From contig OZ223302.1 in NCBI GenBank assembly GCA_965140705.1, positions 128,001 to 192,000 on the forward strand: a stretch of 64,000 nt of DNA, read 5' to 3'. Position numbers and translations under genes: made by a program. This document shows, piece after piece, positions 31,377-41,469 of the stretch (position 1 is the stretch's first letter; every line of letters starts with the position of its first letter). Source of the DNA: an uncultured Arcobacter sp. GTDB lineage: Bacteria > Campylobacterota > Campylobacteria > Campylobacterales > Arcobacteraceae. A model generated the notes under the pieces. The model did no database searches. It saw only the letters and a program-made list of their open reading frames with translations, and was not told the origin of the DNA.

Positions 31377-32539
31377 ATCAACTCCACTTTTAAAGGATCT
31401 TCAGTTTTTGCTATCATTGATTTAAAATTTTTCGATTTTATTATTTCATAAGCCTTTTTTGCACTATTCCCATCACCATAAGAATTTTTCAATTCAGTTA
31501 AACTATTCATAAATTCTATTGAAATTGCTTTTTCAATACTATTACTAACATCTTCATAACTTGTTCCACAAAAAATAACATTTTTATCAGAAAATCTTCC
31601 TGTTTGTCTAAGTCCAACATTTATAGCAGGTATTTTTAAACTTGCTGCTTCACAAATACCAGAGGATGAATTACCTATTATAAATTTAGAATGTTTATAT
31701 ATAGACATAAAAAGATCTCTTTCTAAATTTTTATAAAATACAAAATTTTTATTGTCTTTATATTTATCAATGATTTTTAATAACTTATTATTTCCAGGAT
31801 CAACATTAGGATAACTAACAAATGTATTAATATTTTTTTCTTCTAAATTTTTTAAAATATTATCAAAATATTCATCAACTTTTTCTATTTCTTCAGTTAC
31901 TGGATGAAAAATCATTAATGAAAAATTTTGAAAATTTTCTGATAAGTTAAAATAAGTTTTTATATTCTCTTTAGAAATAGGTTTATAAGAAACAAACTTA
32001 TCTAAAGAAATATTTCCAGTTACAAAAACTCTATTTGAATCTTCTCCCATACGAACTAATCTTTTTTTATGTTCTTCTAGTGTTACAAAATGAGCGGTTG
32101 ATAATTTTGATGTTGCATGTCGAATAGGATTATCAATATATCCATCTTCTACATGATCTCCTGAAAAGACATGAATTGTTGGTATATGTAAATAGCCTCC
32201 AACCATAGAATACATTAATACATCTTCTCTATCACCAGCATATATCATTAAATCTGGATTAAATTTTGCAATAGTTTCTAAACTATTTTGAAGTAGTAAA
32301 CTTGCACTCTTAACTCTTGAAAGCCCTGTATCTGAACTCAAAAGTGTTTCAATTTCAAGTAATATATCAAATCCATCTTTTCGAATTTGTTCTACACTAT
32401 AACCAAAACTACGAGACAGATGAGCACCACTTACTATAATCTTAAAATCAATATCTTCATCATCATCAAGTAATTTATAAAGTGGCGACATCAAATCATA
32501 ATCAGAACGAATTGAACTAAAAGCTAATATTTTTTTCAT
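31373..32539 (-). CDS. neuC: Hydrolysing NDP-sugar 2-epimerase (NeuC/LegG)
   Basis: RSDY, SGAHLSRSFG, GDRED, IRHATSKLS, GNSSSGICEA, YGDGNSA. Confidence 0.88.
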   Translation of the reverse strand: MKKILAFSSIRSDYDLMSPLYKLLDDDEDIDFKIIVSGAHLSRSFGYSVEQIRKDGFDILLEIETLLSSDTGLSRVKSASLLLQNSLETIAKFNPDLMIYAGDREDVLMYSMVGGYLHIPTIHVFSGDHVEDGYIDNPIRHATSKLSTAHFVTLEEHKKRLVRMGEDSNRVFVTGNISLDKFVSYKPISKENIKTYFNLSENFQNFSLMIFHPVTEEIEKVDEYFDNILKNLEEKNINTFVSYPNVDPGNNKLLKIIDKYKDNKNFVFYKNLERDLFMSIYKHSKFIIGNSSSGICEAASLKIPAINVGLRQTGRFSDKNVIFCGTSYEDVSNSIEKAISIEFMNSLTELKNSYGDGNSAKKAYEIIKSKNFKSMIAKTEDPLKVELI

Positions 32540-33756
32540 TAGAACACATCCGACATGATTAAATCTTTTTTAAAACAAACACCATTAAAAGAAGTATCAA
32601 ATAATCTATATCCAAATATGTAATCAAACTCTTTTTTATCTAAATATTTATTTAAACTATGATCTATCAATAAATTATATTTCTTATCATTATCAAGATT
32701 TGAAAAATCAATACTATTAAAAACTATATCATAATTATCTTCAAATTTTTTTAGAATATTATTACTCTTTTTAAAATAATTTTGGTTTGGTTTAGATAGT
32801 CTCCACTCTATATTTTTTTTATCTTGAGTATTGAAAATTATTGAATCTGAATAATTCTTTTTCTCTATTTGTTGTAATTCATCATAAGAGAAACTAGCCA
32901 CATATAAATCTTCTTCAAGCGTCCACCCTAATCGTTTTTTAAATCCTGGAGCTGATTTTTTATTTGGAAAACCACAAACAAATTTATAACCTAATTCAGT
33001 TGCTTTTTCATAGACTTCATCTGCTTGTTCTATAAAAATACCATATTTTCTGTAAGCTGTATCTACCATAGTTGTCATTGAAAGAACAACATCTACATTC
33101 TTTTGATTATAAATAAATTTTATTGGTATCACAGCATAATGTCCAACAAGTTTTACTCCATCAAAATAAAGTGAAACTATTGGATTCCCATTAGGATTAT
33201 TAATATATGCCCAATTCCAAAGATTTTCATCCATTTTGCTATTAAAACTATGTTCAAACAATTCTAATATTTGTGTTTTGTATTGTAATAACTCATTTTT
33301 GTCATTAATCATAATTTTAGTAAACTCAAGAGGAACATAAAGTTCTGCTTCACCGGTTGTTACAATTTTATTATCAACTTCACAAATAGTTTTAAATTTA
33401 ACTCTTCTTTTGTCTAAATCAACATTTGATACTGTAACTATTGCTTTTACAGTATCATTAATATAAACAGGTCTCTTAAAATTTAGTGATTGGTAAGTAT
33501 ATACACATCCTTCTCCTGGAATCTTAGTACCAAATAGAGCAGAAAAATAAGAAGCTGTCATCATCCCATGTGCTATTCTTTTTTTAAACCTTGAACTTTT
33601 AGCATAATTTTCATCTAAGTGCACTGCATTTCTATCTCCTGAAATCCCAGCAAATGATTTTATATCTGCATCAGTAATAGTTTGAGAATAACTTACGCTC
33701 ATCCCAATTTCAATTTCTTCAAGTGGAATTTTATTAAAAACTAATGATTTACTCAT
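32539..33756 (-). CDS. MaoC/PhaJ-type (R)-specific enoyl-CoA hydratase fused to a GNAT acyltransferase
   Basis: N-terminal FAGISGDRNAVHLD..RIAHGM hydratase-2 motif; C-terminal WAYINNP, VGHYA, TMVDTAYRKYGIF, GFPNKKSAPGF GNAT motifs. Confidence 0.85.
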   Translation of the reverse strand: MSKSLVFNKIPLEEIEIGMSVSYSQTITDADIKSFAGISGDRNAVHLDENYAKSSRFKKRIAHGMMTASYFSALFGTKIPGEGCVYTYQSLNFKRPVYINDTVKAIVTVSNVDLDKRRVKFKTICEVDNKIVTTGEAELYVPLEFTKIMINDKNELLQYKTQILELFEHSFNSKMDENLWNWAYINNPNGNPIVSLYFDGVKLVGHYAVIPIKFIYNQKNVDVVLSMTTMVDTAYRKYGIFIEQADEVYEKATELGYKFVCGFPNKKSAPGFKKRLGWTLEEDLYVASFSYDELQQIEKKNYSDSIIFNTQDKKNIEWRLSKPNQNYFKKSNNILKKFEDNYDIVFNSIDFSNLDNDKKYNLLIDHSLNKYLDKKEFDYIFGYRLFDTSFNGVCFKKDLIMSDVF

Positions 33757-34751
33757 ATAATTTCATCCTCTTTGTAATCTTTTTTTGCGATAGTTCCAAC
33801 TATTTCGTCCCATCGCATAGGATTTATTCCATTACCAGGTCTTTTTATAGTGATTTTATCTTTTGTTAAAATTTCACCTTTTTTTATACTCATTTTTGCA
33901 ACTATAGATTTTCTAGCTATTTGCATATTTGGGATTTCACTCTTTGATGCCTTTTTAATACCATTTCCCAAGGCTAATTCAATATTTTTTATAGCTTTTA
34001 CCATATCTCTTAATTCATCTGGTTCTAAAGAAGCTTTATGGTCTGGCCCATCCATAGTTTTATCGAGTGTAAAATGTTTTTCTATACAACTTGCTCCCAT
34101 TGCAACTGCTGCAATATCAACTTCAATTCCTAAAGTATGATCACTATAACCATAAGCTATATCAAAAGTATTTCCAATAGTTACCATAGCTTTTAGATTG
34201 ACATCTTCCATTGGAGTTGGATACATAGTATTTGCATGAAGAACTGTGATATTCTCTTTTTTTGTTCCTGCTTCTATCAAAACATCTAAGGCATCTTCTA
34301 TCTCACCGATACCTGCCATACCCGTAGAGAGTATGACTGTTCTGTTTAGTTTCCCGATGTGTCTTAAGTAGGGAAGATTTGTTATTTCACCACTTGGAAT
34401 TTTAAATATTTCTAAACCTAAATCATTTAAAAGTTCTATACTGTCATGGTCGAAAGGAGTTGATAAAAATATAATGTTTTTATTGTTACAGTAAGTGATT
34501 AGCTCTTTGTGCATTTGTACATCTAGCTCTAACTTTTTTATCATATCAAACTGAGATTCTTCACTATCAGTAGTCTGTTTTTGGTACTCAGCTTTTTGTG
34601 CATTTTTACTTACTAGGTTTTCTGCTTTAAAGGTTTGAAATTTAACAGCATCAACGCCAGCTTCACAAGCCATATCAATAAGCTTTTTTGCAAGTTCAAT
34701 TGAGCCATTATGATTTACACCTGCTTCTGCAATTATAAACACTTTATTCAT
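33753..34751 (-). CDS. neuB: Nonulosonic acid synthase (NeuB/LegI)
   Basis: IIAEAGVNHNGS, AVKFQTF, KIPSGEITN, GYSDHTLG, IEKHFTLD..GPDHKASLEP, C-terminal SAF domain. Confidence 0.95.
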   Translation of the reverse strand: MNKVFIIAEAGVNHNGSIELAKKLIDMACEAGVDAVKFQTFKAENLVSKNAQKAEYQKQTTDSEESQFDMIKKLELDVQMHKELITYCNNKNIIFLSTPFDHDSIELLNDLGLEIFKIPSGEITNLPYLRHIGKLNRTVILSTGMAGIGEIEDALDVLIEAGTKKENITVLHANTMYPTPMEDVNLKAMVTIGNTFDIAYGYSDHTLGIEVDIAAVAMGASCIEKHFTLDKTMDGPDHKASLEPDELRDMVKAIKNIELALGNGIKKASKSEIPNMQIARKSIVAKMSIKKGEILTKDKITIKRPGNGINPMRWDEIVGTIAKKDYKEDEII

Positions 34752-35323
34752 TTAACAACACTCCCCGCTTTTATAAATCCACTAACTTCAATACTTTGTT
34801 TAGAAGTAGCATTACTTCCAAAAAAGGTATTTTCTTTTACTTTTACGCCACCATTAATAACACTAGCTGTTGAAATATGGCAATTATCTGCTACCACAAC
34901 ATCATGTTCTAGTAAAGCTTTTGTATTGATTATACAATTTTTTCCTATTTTTACATTTGTATTAACTAAAACATTATGCATAATTACTGTTCCTTCATCT
35001 ATAGATGAATGTTTAGAGACATAAGCTAAAGGAGAAATAATAATAGGCAAATTAAAACCTATTTCTTTTAATTGATTAAATAATTTTACTCTTAAGTGGT
35101 TTGAATCTATTTGCCCTAGCGTAATTATTGCATTTTTACAAGTTTGAAAAATAGTTTCCAAATCATCATCAGATCCAATTATTTCATAATTTAAAATCTT
35201 ATTGCCAAATAACTCTTTTTTATCAACAATTCCCAAAATTTCATATTTACACTCTTGTTCTATGACATCAATAACACTATGGCAATGCCCACCACCACCA
35301 ATAAGAACTATTTTTTCTTTCAT
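34748..35323 (-). CDS. Sugar N/O-acetyltransferase (NeuD/PglD/LegH-like)
   Basis: LIGGGGHCHSVID plus hexapeptide repeats with the EHD catalytic motif. Confidence 0.88.
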   Translation of the reverse strand: MKEKIVLIGGGGHCHSVIDVIEQECKYEILGIVDKKELFGNKILNYEIIGSDDDLETIFQTCKNAIITLGQIDSNHLRVKLFNQLKEIGFNLPIIISPLAYVSKHSSIDEGTVIMHNVLVNTNVKIGKNCIINTKALLEHDVVVADNCHISTASVINGGVKVKENTFFGSNATSKQSIEVSGFIKAGSVVK

Positions 35324-36459
35324 TATAAGATCACCGAACTAGGAATATTCACAACTCTGTCTTCAAGATACTTTGCATTTTTTAAATCTGTTTTTTGACA
35401 ATCTTTAAACATTTCAAGTTCATTCATAAGTTTCCAAACAGGTCTTGTCATTACACCGCTTTTATTCGTAAACTCTAAAAGTTCATTTCTTTGAATAATA
35501 TCATTTAATAAAACAGCTTGAAGCCAATAATTTGATTTACTATTTTTAGGTTCTTCTATAAATATCATATCATTTTTTTCAAAAAAATCTTTATACTTTG
35601 TTGCTAATTCTCTTTTTGAAGTTAAAAATCTTTCCAACTGTTCTAACTGCGCAACCAAAAGAGCAGCATTGATATTTGGAAGTCTGTAATTATATCCTAT
35701 TTCATCATGTACATATTCATATGGATGGGGAATTTTCGCTGTTGTTGTGATATGTTTTGCTCTTTTAGCTAATGCTTCATCATCTGTAACGATAACTCCA
35801 CCACCACCTGAAGTTATAATTTTATTGCCATTAAAAGAGAATGCTCCAACTTTTCCAAAAGTTCCCGTATGTTTATTTTTATAAGATGAACCTAAACTTT
35901 CAGCTGCATCCTCTACAAGAACAATATTCCATTTATCACATATATTTTTAATCTCATCTATTCTACAAGGATGTCCAAAAGTATGCATAGGGACACAAGC
36001 TTTGATGATTTTACTAGTTGTTTTATTTACACATTTGTTCTCTTTAATTTCACAATTATTTTCTAAAAAAGATTTTAAAGAATCCGGACTTAATCCCATA
36101 GTATCTAAATCAACATCGACAAATATAGGTTTAGCACCAATATAACTAATAGCATTACATGTCGCTATAAATGTAAGTGGTTGAGTAATTACTTCATCTT
36201 CTTTTTTTACATCTGCTAATATCAAAGAAATATGAAGAGCTGCTGTTCCATTTACCGTAGCAATTGCGTATTTAGCTCCTACAGTTTTTGCAAACTGATT
36301 TTCAAAAGTATCTACATATTTGCCAACACTTGATACAAATGTAGAATCTATACAATCATTTAAATACTTTTTTTCGTTACCAATAAATCTTGGTTCATGT
36401 AAAGGTATAAAATCATTTGTTTTAAATATTTTTTTTATAAAATCAACTGTTTTTTGCAT
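35323..36459 (-). CDS. legC: LegC-family PLP aminotransferase (DegT/DnrJ)
   Basis: FIPLHEP, STFVSSVG, PMHTFGHP, EDAAESLGS, SFNGNKIITSGGGG; likely ATG at 36459. Confidence 0.9.
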   Translation of the reverse strand: MQKTVDFIKKIFKTNDFIPLHEPRFIGNEKKYLNDCIDSTFVSSVGKYVDTFENQFAKTVGAKYAIATVNGTAALHISLILADVKKEDEVITQPLTFIATCNAISYIGAKPIFVDVDLDTMGLSPDSLKSFLENNCEIKENKCVNKTTSKIIKACVPMHTFGHPCRIDEIKNICDKWNIVLVEDAAESLGSSYKNKHTGTFGKVGAFSFNGNKIITSGGGGVIVTDDEALAKRAKHITTTAKIPHPYEYVHDEIGYNYRLPNINAALLVAQLEQLERFLTSKRELATKYKDFFEKNDMIFIEEPKNSKSNYWLQAVLLNDIIQRNELLEFTNKSGVMTRPVWKLMNELEMFKDCQKTDLKNAKYLEDRVVNIPSSVIL

Positions 36460-36469
36460 ATATTCTACT

Positions 36470-38050
36470 TTATTTGAATTCAAAAAAAACTAAATTCTTA
36501 ATTTCTTTTTTAAATTGTGTTTGATTAAATATTTCTAAATATTTTAACATAAAAAAATATTTTAAAGTTTGAACTTGTCCTTTATTAAAAGGTACATTTG
36601 GATTTACTTTCATTTTAAAATAAATAGGAGGTTCTTTTACCCATAAAGAATAATTCATTTCTTTTTGAGTCTTCAAATCTTCTAATAAAGTTATTTGATT
36701 CTCATTTGCCACAAACAATTTATCATCTTTAGAAAATGCTTCTTTTGACATCCCATTTAATTCATAATATCGTAAAACTCTACTTTTTGCTAGTTTAGAA
36801 TACAGTTCATTCTCGACAACAAATGTACTATTTTGAACAATTTGCTCAGATATTTTAAAATTTTCAATAATACTTTGTTGATAAAACCAATCAATATTAT
36901 ATTTAAGTTGTTCTTTTAAATGAAAGGATACAAAAGAAATAATTAAAATTAAATATAAAAAATATTTAATCACTACTTTAAAGTTTAATAAATTTGAAAT
37001 GATTTGAATTCCATAATATAAAATAAAACTAAACCCTATAGGCAATAACACTTGAAATCTTGAATCCCAATCATTTAAGTTAGGTACTTTTCCTACAGCT
37101 AGATAAGCAAAAGCTCCTAAAAAAAAACCTAAAAAACCTAGCGTAAATAAATAAACATCTTTTTTATTCATCTCATTATTTTGCCGTGAAAATAAATTAG
37201 ATAAAAGCAATAGTAAAACAAAACCAATAATAATAAAAGATGATATATTTTGAATAGAAAGATTAATAGGTTCAATAAAACTCCATAAAAAAGTGTGATA
37301 ATAATTATCTAAATTTAAAATATTTTCTATGTTAATTTTATTATAACCTTGTTCTTGATATAAACTGGTCGGAACAAAATATATAGATTTTATAAAATAA
37401 AATAAAATTGGTAATAAAATAAAATCTATTTTAGTCTTAATAAATACACTTAAATTCTTCAGGAAAATTATTTTTCTATTATATAATTTGTGAAAAATAT
37501 ATATTAAAATAATTGCATAAAATACTAAAATAGCATTATTCATAAAAGATAAAAAAAATATAAATAATATTAACACTCTTTTTATTAGCCCTAAGTTATC
37601 AATATATTTACTAATTAGGTAAAATCCAAAATAAAATAATGTTAAATATAAAAAGTTCATAATTAACAAAGAAACTTTTGCACTATACATAGGAGCTAAA
37701 AGAAAAAATATTGTTATAAAGAGTCGATCTTCTTTTGAAATAAATGAAAGTGTTTGAAGTATTTTATAAACAAATATTCCAGAAGAAAAAAGACAAACAA
37801 CTGTTAAGATTCTATCAAAAAATATACCATTGCCTATACTCATTATTACATAATTTAAAATGCTTGAAAGATAACCTACAGCGCCTACTGATTGAACATA
37901 CATATTGCTTATTGTTTCAAAATTATTCCTAATTAAAGCCCAATCATCCCAATAAATTCCATTATAATTTAAAAGAAAAAAAAAGTTACTTATCAAATAT
38001 ATAATGAACATAAATAAAATTGTTTTTCTATCACTTTGTAAAAAAGTCAT
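36470..38050 (-). CDS. GT-C-fold integral membrane glycosyltransferase (GtrC-like)
   Basis: About 11-12 TMs, acidic YWDDW motif right after TM1, soluble C-terminal tail; same block as a GtrB-like GT2 and a small-membrane-protein pair. Confidence 0.6.
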   Translation of the reverse strand: MTFLQSDRKTILFMFIIYLISNFFFLLNYNGIYWDDWALIRNNFETISNMYVQSVGAVGYLSSILNYVIMSIGNGIFFDRILTVVCLFSSGIFVYKILQTLSFISKEDRLFITIFFLLAPMYSAKVSLLIMNFLYLTLFYFGFYLISKYIDNLGLIKRVLILFIFFLSFMNNAILVFYAIILIYIFHKLYNRKIIFLKNLSVFIKTKIDFILLPILFYFIKSIYFVPTSLYQEQGYNKINIENILNLDNYYHTFLWSFIEPINLSIQNISSFIIIGFVLLLLLSNLFSRQNNEMNKKDVYLFTLGFLGFFLGAFAYLAVGKVPNLNDWDSRFQVLLPIGFSFILYYGIQIISNLLNFKVVIKYFLYLILIISFVSFHLKEQLKYNIDWFYQQSIIENFKISEQIVQNSTFVVENELYSKLAKSRVLRYYELNGMSKEAFSKDDKLFVANENQITLLEDLKTQKEMNYSLWVKEPPIYFKMKVNPNVPFNKGQVQTLKYFFMLKYLEIFNQTQFKKEIKNLVFFEFK

Positions 38051-39164
38051 TTATCGCCCCACATACTTTTCTTAAATCTTTTTCTGCTAATCCATAATAC
38101 ATTGGCAGTCGAATCAATTTTTCACTCTCTTTTGTAGTATTTAAGTCATCTTTATCAAATCTTCCAAATTTAAATCCAGCAGGTGCGGAATGAAGTGGTA
38201 CATAATGAAATACTGCATTAATACCATTTTCTTTTAAATACGCAAGCAATATCGTTCTTTCATCTAGATTTCGGACTTTAATATAAAACATATGTGCATT
38301 TTGAGTACAATTATTCGGAATTATTGGTAATTCAATTAAACTTTTTATTTCTAATTGCTTTAAACCGTAATAATAATTGTTCCAACTTCGTAGCCTGTCT
38401 TGATTTATGTTCTCTGAACATTCTAAATTTCCCCAAAGATATGCTGCGCTAATATCGTTCATAAGATAACTGCTTCCTATATCTACCCACGAATACTTAT
38501 CTACCATTCCACGAAAAAACAGACTTCTATTCGTACCTTTTTCTCTTATTATTTCTGCTCTTTGGATAAACTTTTCATCATTAATGATAAGAAGTCCTCC
38601 CTCACCAGCACTTGTGTAATTTTTTGTTTCATGAAAACTAAAAGCTCCTAAGTGTCCAATAGTTCCAAGCGCTTTACCTTTATAACTGCTCATCATCCCT
38701 TGCGCTGCATCTTCTACTACAAAAAGGTTATAGCGTTTTGCTATATCCATGATGCTGTCCATCTCACATGCCACACCTGCATAATGAACTGGTGCTATTG
38801 CTTTTGTTTTATCAGTGATAGCTTGTTCTATCTTTGTCTCATCTATGTTCATAGTATCTGGTCGTATATCTACAAACACTATTTTTGCACCTCGAAGTAC
38901 GAAAGCATTCGCAGTACTTACAAAAGTATATGATGGCATAATGACTTCATCCCCCTCTTTTATATCAAGAAGTATAGCAGCCATCTCTAGTGCATGTGTA
39001 CATGAAGTAGTCAAAAGAGCTTTTTTGCATTGCAACTTCTCTTCAAACCACTCTGTACACTTCTTTGTAAACTCTCCATCACCAGAAATTTTACTACTTT
39101 TCATAGACTCTAAAATATATTTTTCTTCATTTCCAGTTAGAAGTGGCTTATTAAAAGGTATCAT
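38031..39164 (-). CDS. wecE: dTDP-4-amino-4,6-dideoxygalactose transaminase
   Basis: MIPFNKP, SGDGEFTKKC, TSCTHALEMAA, EDAAQG, SFHETKN, IREKGTNRS, VDKYSWVDIGSSY, AVFHYVPLH. Confidence 0.92.
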   Translation of the reverse strand: MIPFNKPLLTGNEEKYILESMKSSKISGDGEFTKKCTEWFEEKLQCKKALLTTSCTHALEMAAILLDIKEGDEVIMPSYTFVSTANAFVLRGAKIVFVDIRPDTMNIDETKIEQAITDKTKAIAPVHYAGVACEMDSIMDIAKRYNLFVVEDAAQGMMSSYKGKALGTIGHLGAFSFHETKNYTSAGEGGLLIINDEKFIQRAEIIREKGTNRSLFFRGMVDKYSWVDIGSSYLMNDISAAYLWGNLECSENINQDRLRSWNNYYYGLKQLEIKSLIELPIIPNNCTQNAHMFYIKVRNLDERTILLAYLKENGINAVFHYVPLHSAPAGFKFGRFDKDDLNTTKESEKLIRLPMYYGLAEKDLRKVCGAINDFFTK

Positions 39165-39973
39165 TTTTTCCTCGCTGTTATAAATAAACTTCCACCAAAA
39201 AGATTTGGTAAAAATTTATTAATCTTATTTTCTACTCTTGATATAAGCAGTAAAATATTACTAACAACACGACTCATAGATATATCTCTACTGTATTCTT
39301 CTTCTCTTATTTTTGAGCCATTATCACTATTTATTACTCTTCTCAAAAACAAAAGTGGTGTTATACTTATAAAAAAGTATCTAGCAGTTAAAACTTCAAA
39401 GCCATTTTGCTCTAGTTTTTCAACTAACTCTTTTTTTGTATATCTTAATTTATGTCCAGCTACTGCATCCTCACGATTCCAAAGCCACATATGAGAAGGG
39501 ACAGTTAAGATGATTTTCCCATTTTTATTTAACATTTGAACAACGTTTTTCAAAGCTATAGTATCATCAGGTATATGTTCCAAAACATCAAACATACATA
39601 CAGCATCAAATTCATTCTCAAAAGGAATATCAAGTAAATCAAACTGATAACACTCTTTCATGCCATAGCTTTGAGCATACTTTAAACCATTTAAGTGCAT
39701 TTCACCTACAGAGATATTTTCATATCCATTTTCTTGTAAATACCTAGCAACATTTCCTGTCCCTGCACCTATTTCTATAAGCTTTTCTTTCTTATTTACA
39801 TATTGTTGAATATTCTCAAAAATAAACTCTTTTCGTGCTATAAACCAAAAGTGCTCTTCTTCTTGTTTATATAAGTTGTTCAATCCTTGAGCATTGTAAT
39901 CTTCATGTGACTCATCTATACTTTCGTTAAATACTTTAATACCATTTACACTTTTGTACTCTTTTACTAGCAT
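39161..39973 (-). CDS. Class I SAM-dependent methyltransferase
   Basis: EEEHFWF, EIGAGTG, FDVLEHI, TVPSHMWLW, GHKLRY. Confidence 0.85.
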   Translation of the reverse strand: MLVKEYKSVNGIKVFNESIDESHEDYNAQGLNNLYKQEEEHFWFIARKEFIFENIQQYVNKKEKLIEIGAGTGNVARYLQENGYENISVGEMHLNGLKYAQSYGMKECYQFDLLDIPFENEFDAVCMFDVLEHIPDDTIALKNVVQMLNKNGKIILTVPSHMWLWNREDAVAGHKLRYTKKELVEKLEQNGFEVLTARYFFISITPLLFLRRVINSDNGSKIREEEYSRDISMSRVVSNILLLISRVENKINKFLPNLFGGSLFITARKK

Positions 39974-39989
39974 ATCTTATTAGCCTTTT

Positions 39990-40295
39990 TTAAATATAAA
40001 ATATTACAATTCCTAGAACAATAGATAATACTCCAATTACTTTAAATCTATTTATTTGTTCTTTAAAAATTAATACAGAGGTCATAAAAACAGTTAAATA
40101 ATTCAAACTCATTATAACGGTGAAATATTTAAACATAATTAAATGCATAAGAAAATAAGAAATTAAAACTACTATAATAAATAAAAAATACCCACTAAAC
40201 AAATAGTATTTACTTTTTTTTAAAGATGCTAATTTTAAAAATATTTGTCCTGCTGTAGTCAATAAAATACTTGATATAATTAATACATAAATCAT
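39990..40295 (-). CDS. Small 4-TM EamA/SMR-like protein (ArnE/ArnF-like flippase subunit)
   Basis: 101 aa, four hydrophobic helices, GQIFLK, FKEQINRFKVIG. Confidence 0.7.
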   Translation of the reverse strand: MIYVLIISSILLTTAGQIFLKLASLKKSKYYLFSGYFLFIIVVLISYFLMHLIMFKYFTVIMSLNYLTVFMTSVLIFKEQINRFKVIGVLSIVLGIVIFYI

Positions 40296-40621
40296 TTACT
40301 TTTCCCAAGCATAAATGCACCAAAAATCATACAAGACAATCCTAAAATATTATTAATATTTATATTTTCTCCGAAAAGTAATATCGAATAGAGTAAAATC
40401 AACACTAGTACCAATGAATTTAACGGATATACACGAGAAAGCTCATTATATTTTAAAACTTTTTGCCAAAAATAAGCTCTCATCCCCATAAACAAAAAAG
40501 CTAAAGATAAAAAAAACAATACATAAGATTCATATATCGCTGCATACTTCCCCATTACGAAAGAAAAAGACTGTAATATAATCGTAATGCCTAATAATAA
40601 AGGCTTTTTAATCTCTAGCAT
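40292..40621 (-). CDS. Small 4-TM EamA/SMR-like protein (ArnE/ArnF-like flippase subunit)
   Basis: 109 aa; WQKVLKYNELSRVYPLNSL and FGENI match the ArnE/F LSxAYPxxSL..FGE pattern. Confidence 0.72.
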   Translation of the reverse strand: MLEIKKPLLLGITIILQSFSFVMGKYAAIYESYVLFFLSLAFLFMGMRAYFWQKVLKYNELSRVYPLNSLVLVLILLYSILLFGENININNILGLSCMIFGAFMLGKSK

Positions 40622-41469
40622 CTTAAAAATGGGCTCTCAGTAAAGTACTTTTCCTGATAAATATTATCAAAATCATATAATTTTTGTCGTTTTTCATTTT
40701 CTTCAACAGCCACTCCATAAATATACTTATTGCGAATATGATGAATCATCTTTTCAGATAAAATTTTAAATGCAATATTCCGTAAAAGAGTAAATTTTGA
40801 TAAATATGTTATCATTTTATTATGCTTAACATAACTAGCATTAACTTTGTGATTTATAATATTATTATCTTCAAAAAACTTATTAATACCAATAAAATCT
40901 TCAATCTCATTTAGAACTTGCTCTTTATTATTTTGAAAAAACTCAAAATCAATTAACAGTAGATTTCCTTTAAATGCCTTTTTAAGTTTTTCTACTCTTT
41001 CTATATAATCAAAAGATCGTAAGTCATAATGGTATTTTCTACTTTCAAAATTTATTTCAAACTTTTTGACAAATTCATCAAAACTTGTATTATCATAGTT
41101 TTGTTTTTGATACTGTTTATAGCATGACCATGCCCAATCATTAGGATCTCGTAATGTCATAATTACTTTTTGATTACTGCGATTCCAATCTTTTGTATTT
41201 TCTATAAAATCATCAATTTCCATATAATAAAATGGTGAGATATCAAACATTTTTTGACTACTTTTTGCATTTTGATACAATTCTTTAAACCACTTTTCAC
41301 CTCTATCTTTATAGTTATATGAAAAATAATTAGTTTCTTTTACAATAGGTAAGTATATTTCAGGGTGTGGTGCTAAGGCTTCATACATATAAGTTGTCCC
41401 ACCTCTTGGCATTCCAGCAATAATAACTAAGTTATCTTTGTTAATCTTTTTTTCTATCATATGAATCAT
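40615..41469 (-). CDS. PAPS-dependent sulfotransferase
   Basis: 5'-PSB loop AGMPRGGTTYMY, HPEI..KETNYF, 3'-PB motif LRDPNDWAWSCY. Confidence 0.82.
   Translation of the reverse strand: MIHMIEKKINKDNLVIIAGMPRGGTTYMYEALAPHPEIYLPIVKETNYFSYNYKDRGEKWFKELYQNAKSSQKMFDISPFYYMEIDDFIENTKDWNRSNQKVIMTLRDPNDWAWSCYKQYQKQNYDNTSFDEFVKKFEINFESRKYHYDLRSFDYIERVEKLKKAFKGNLLLIDFEFFQNNKEQVLNEIEDFIGINKFFEDNNIINHKVNASYVKHNKMITYLSKFTLLRNIAFKILSEKMIHHIRNKYIYGVAVEENEKRQKLYDFDNIYQEKYFTESPFLRC

Noticed and set aside
37976..37984. A9 run near the start of the GT-C gene (similar A/T runs near 19345, 27173 and 63016) as phase-variable tracts
   Set aside because: Runs of 8-9 A/T are expected in such AT-rich DNA, the reading frames are intact, and I saw no long poly-G/C tracts of the Campylobacter contingency type.
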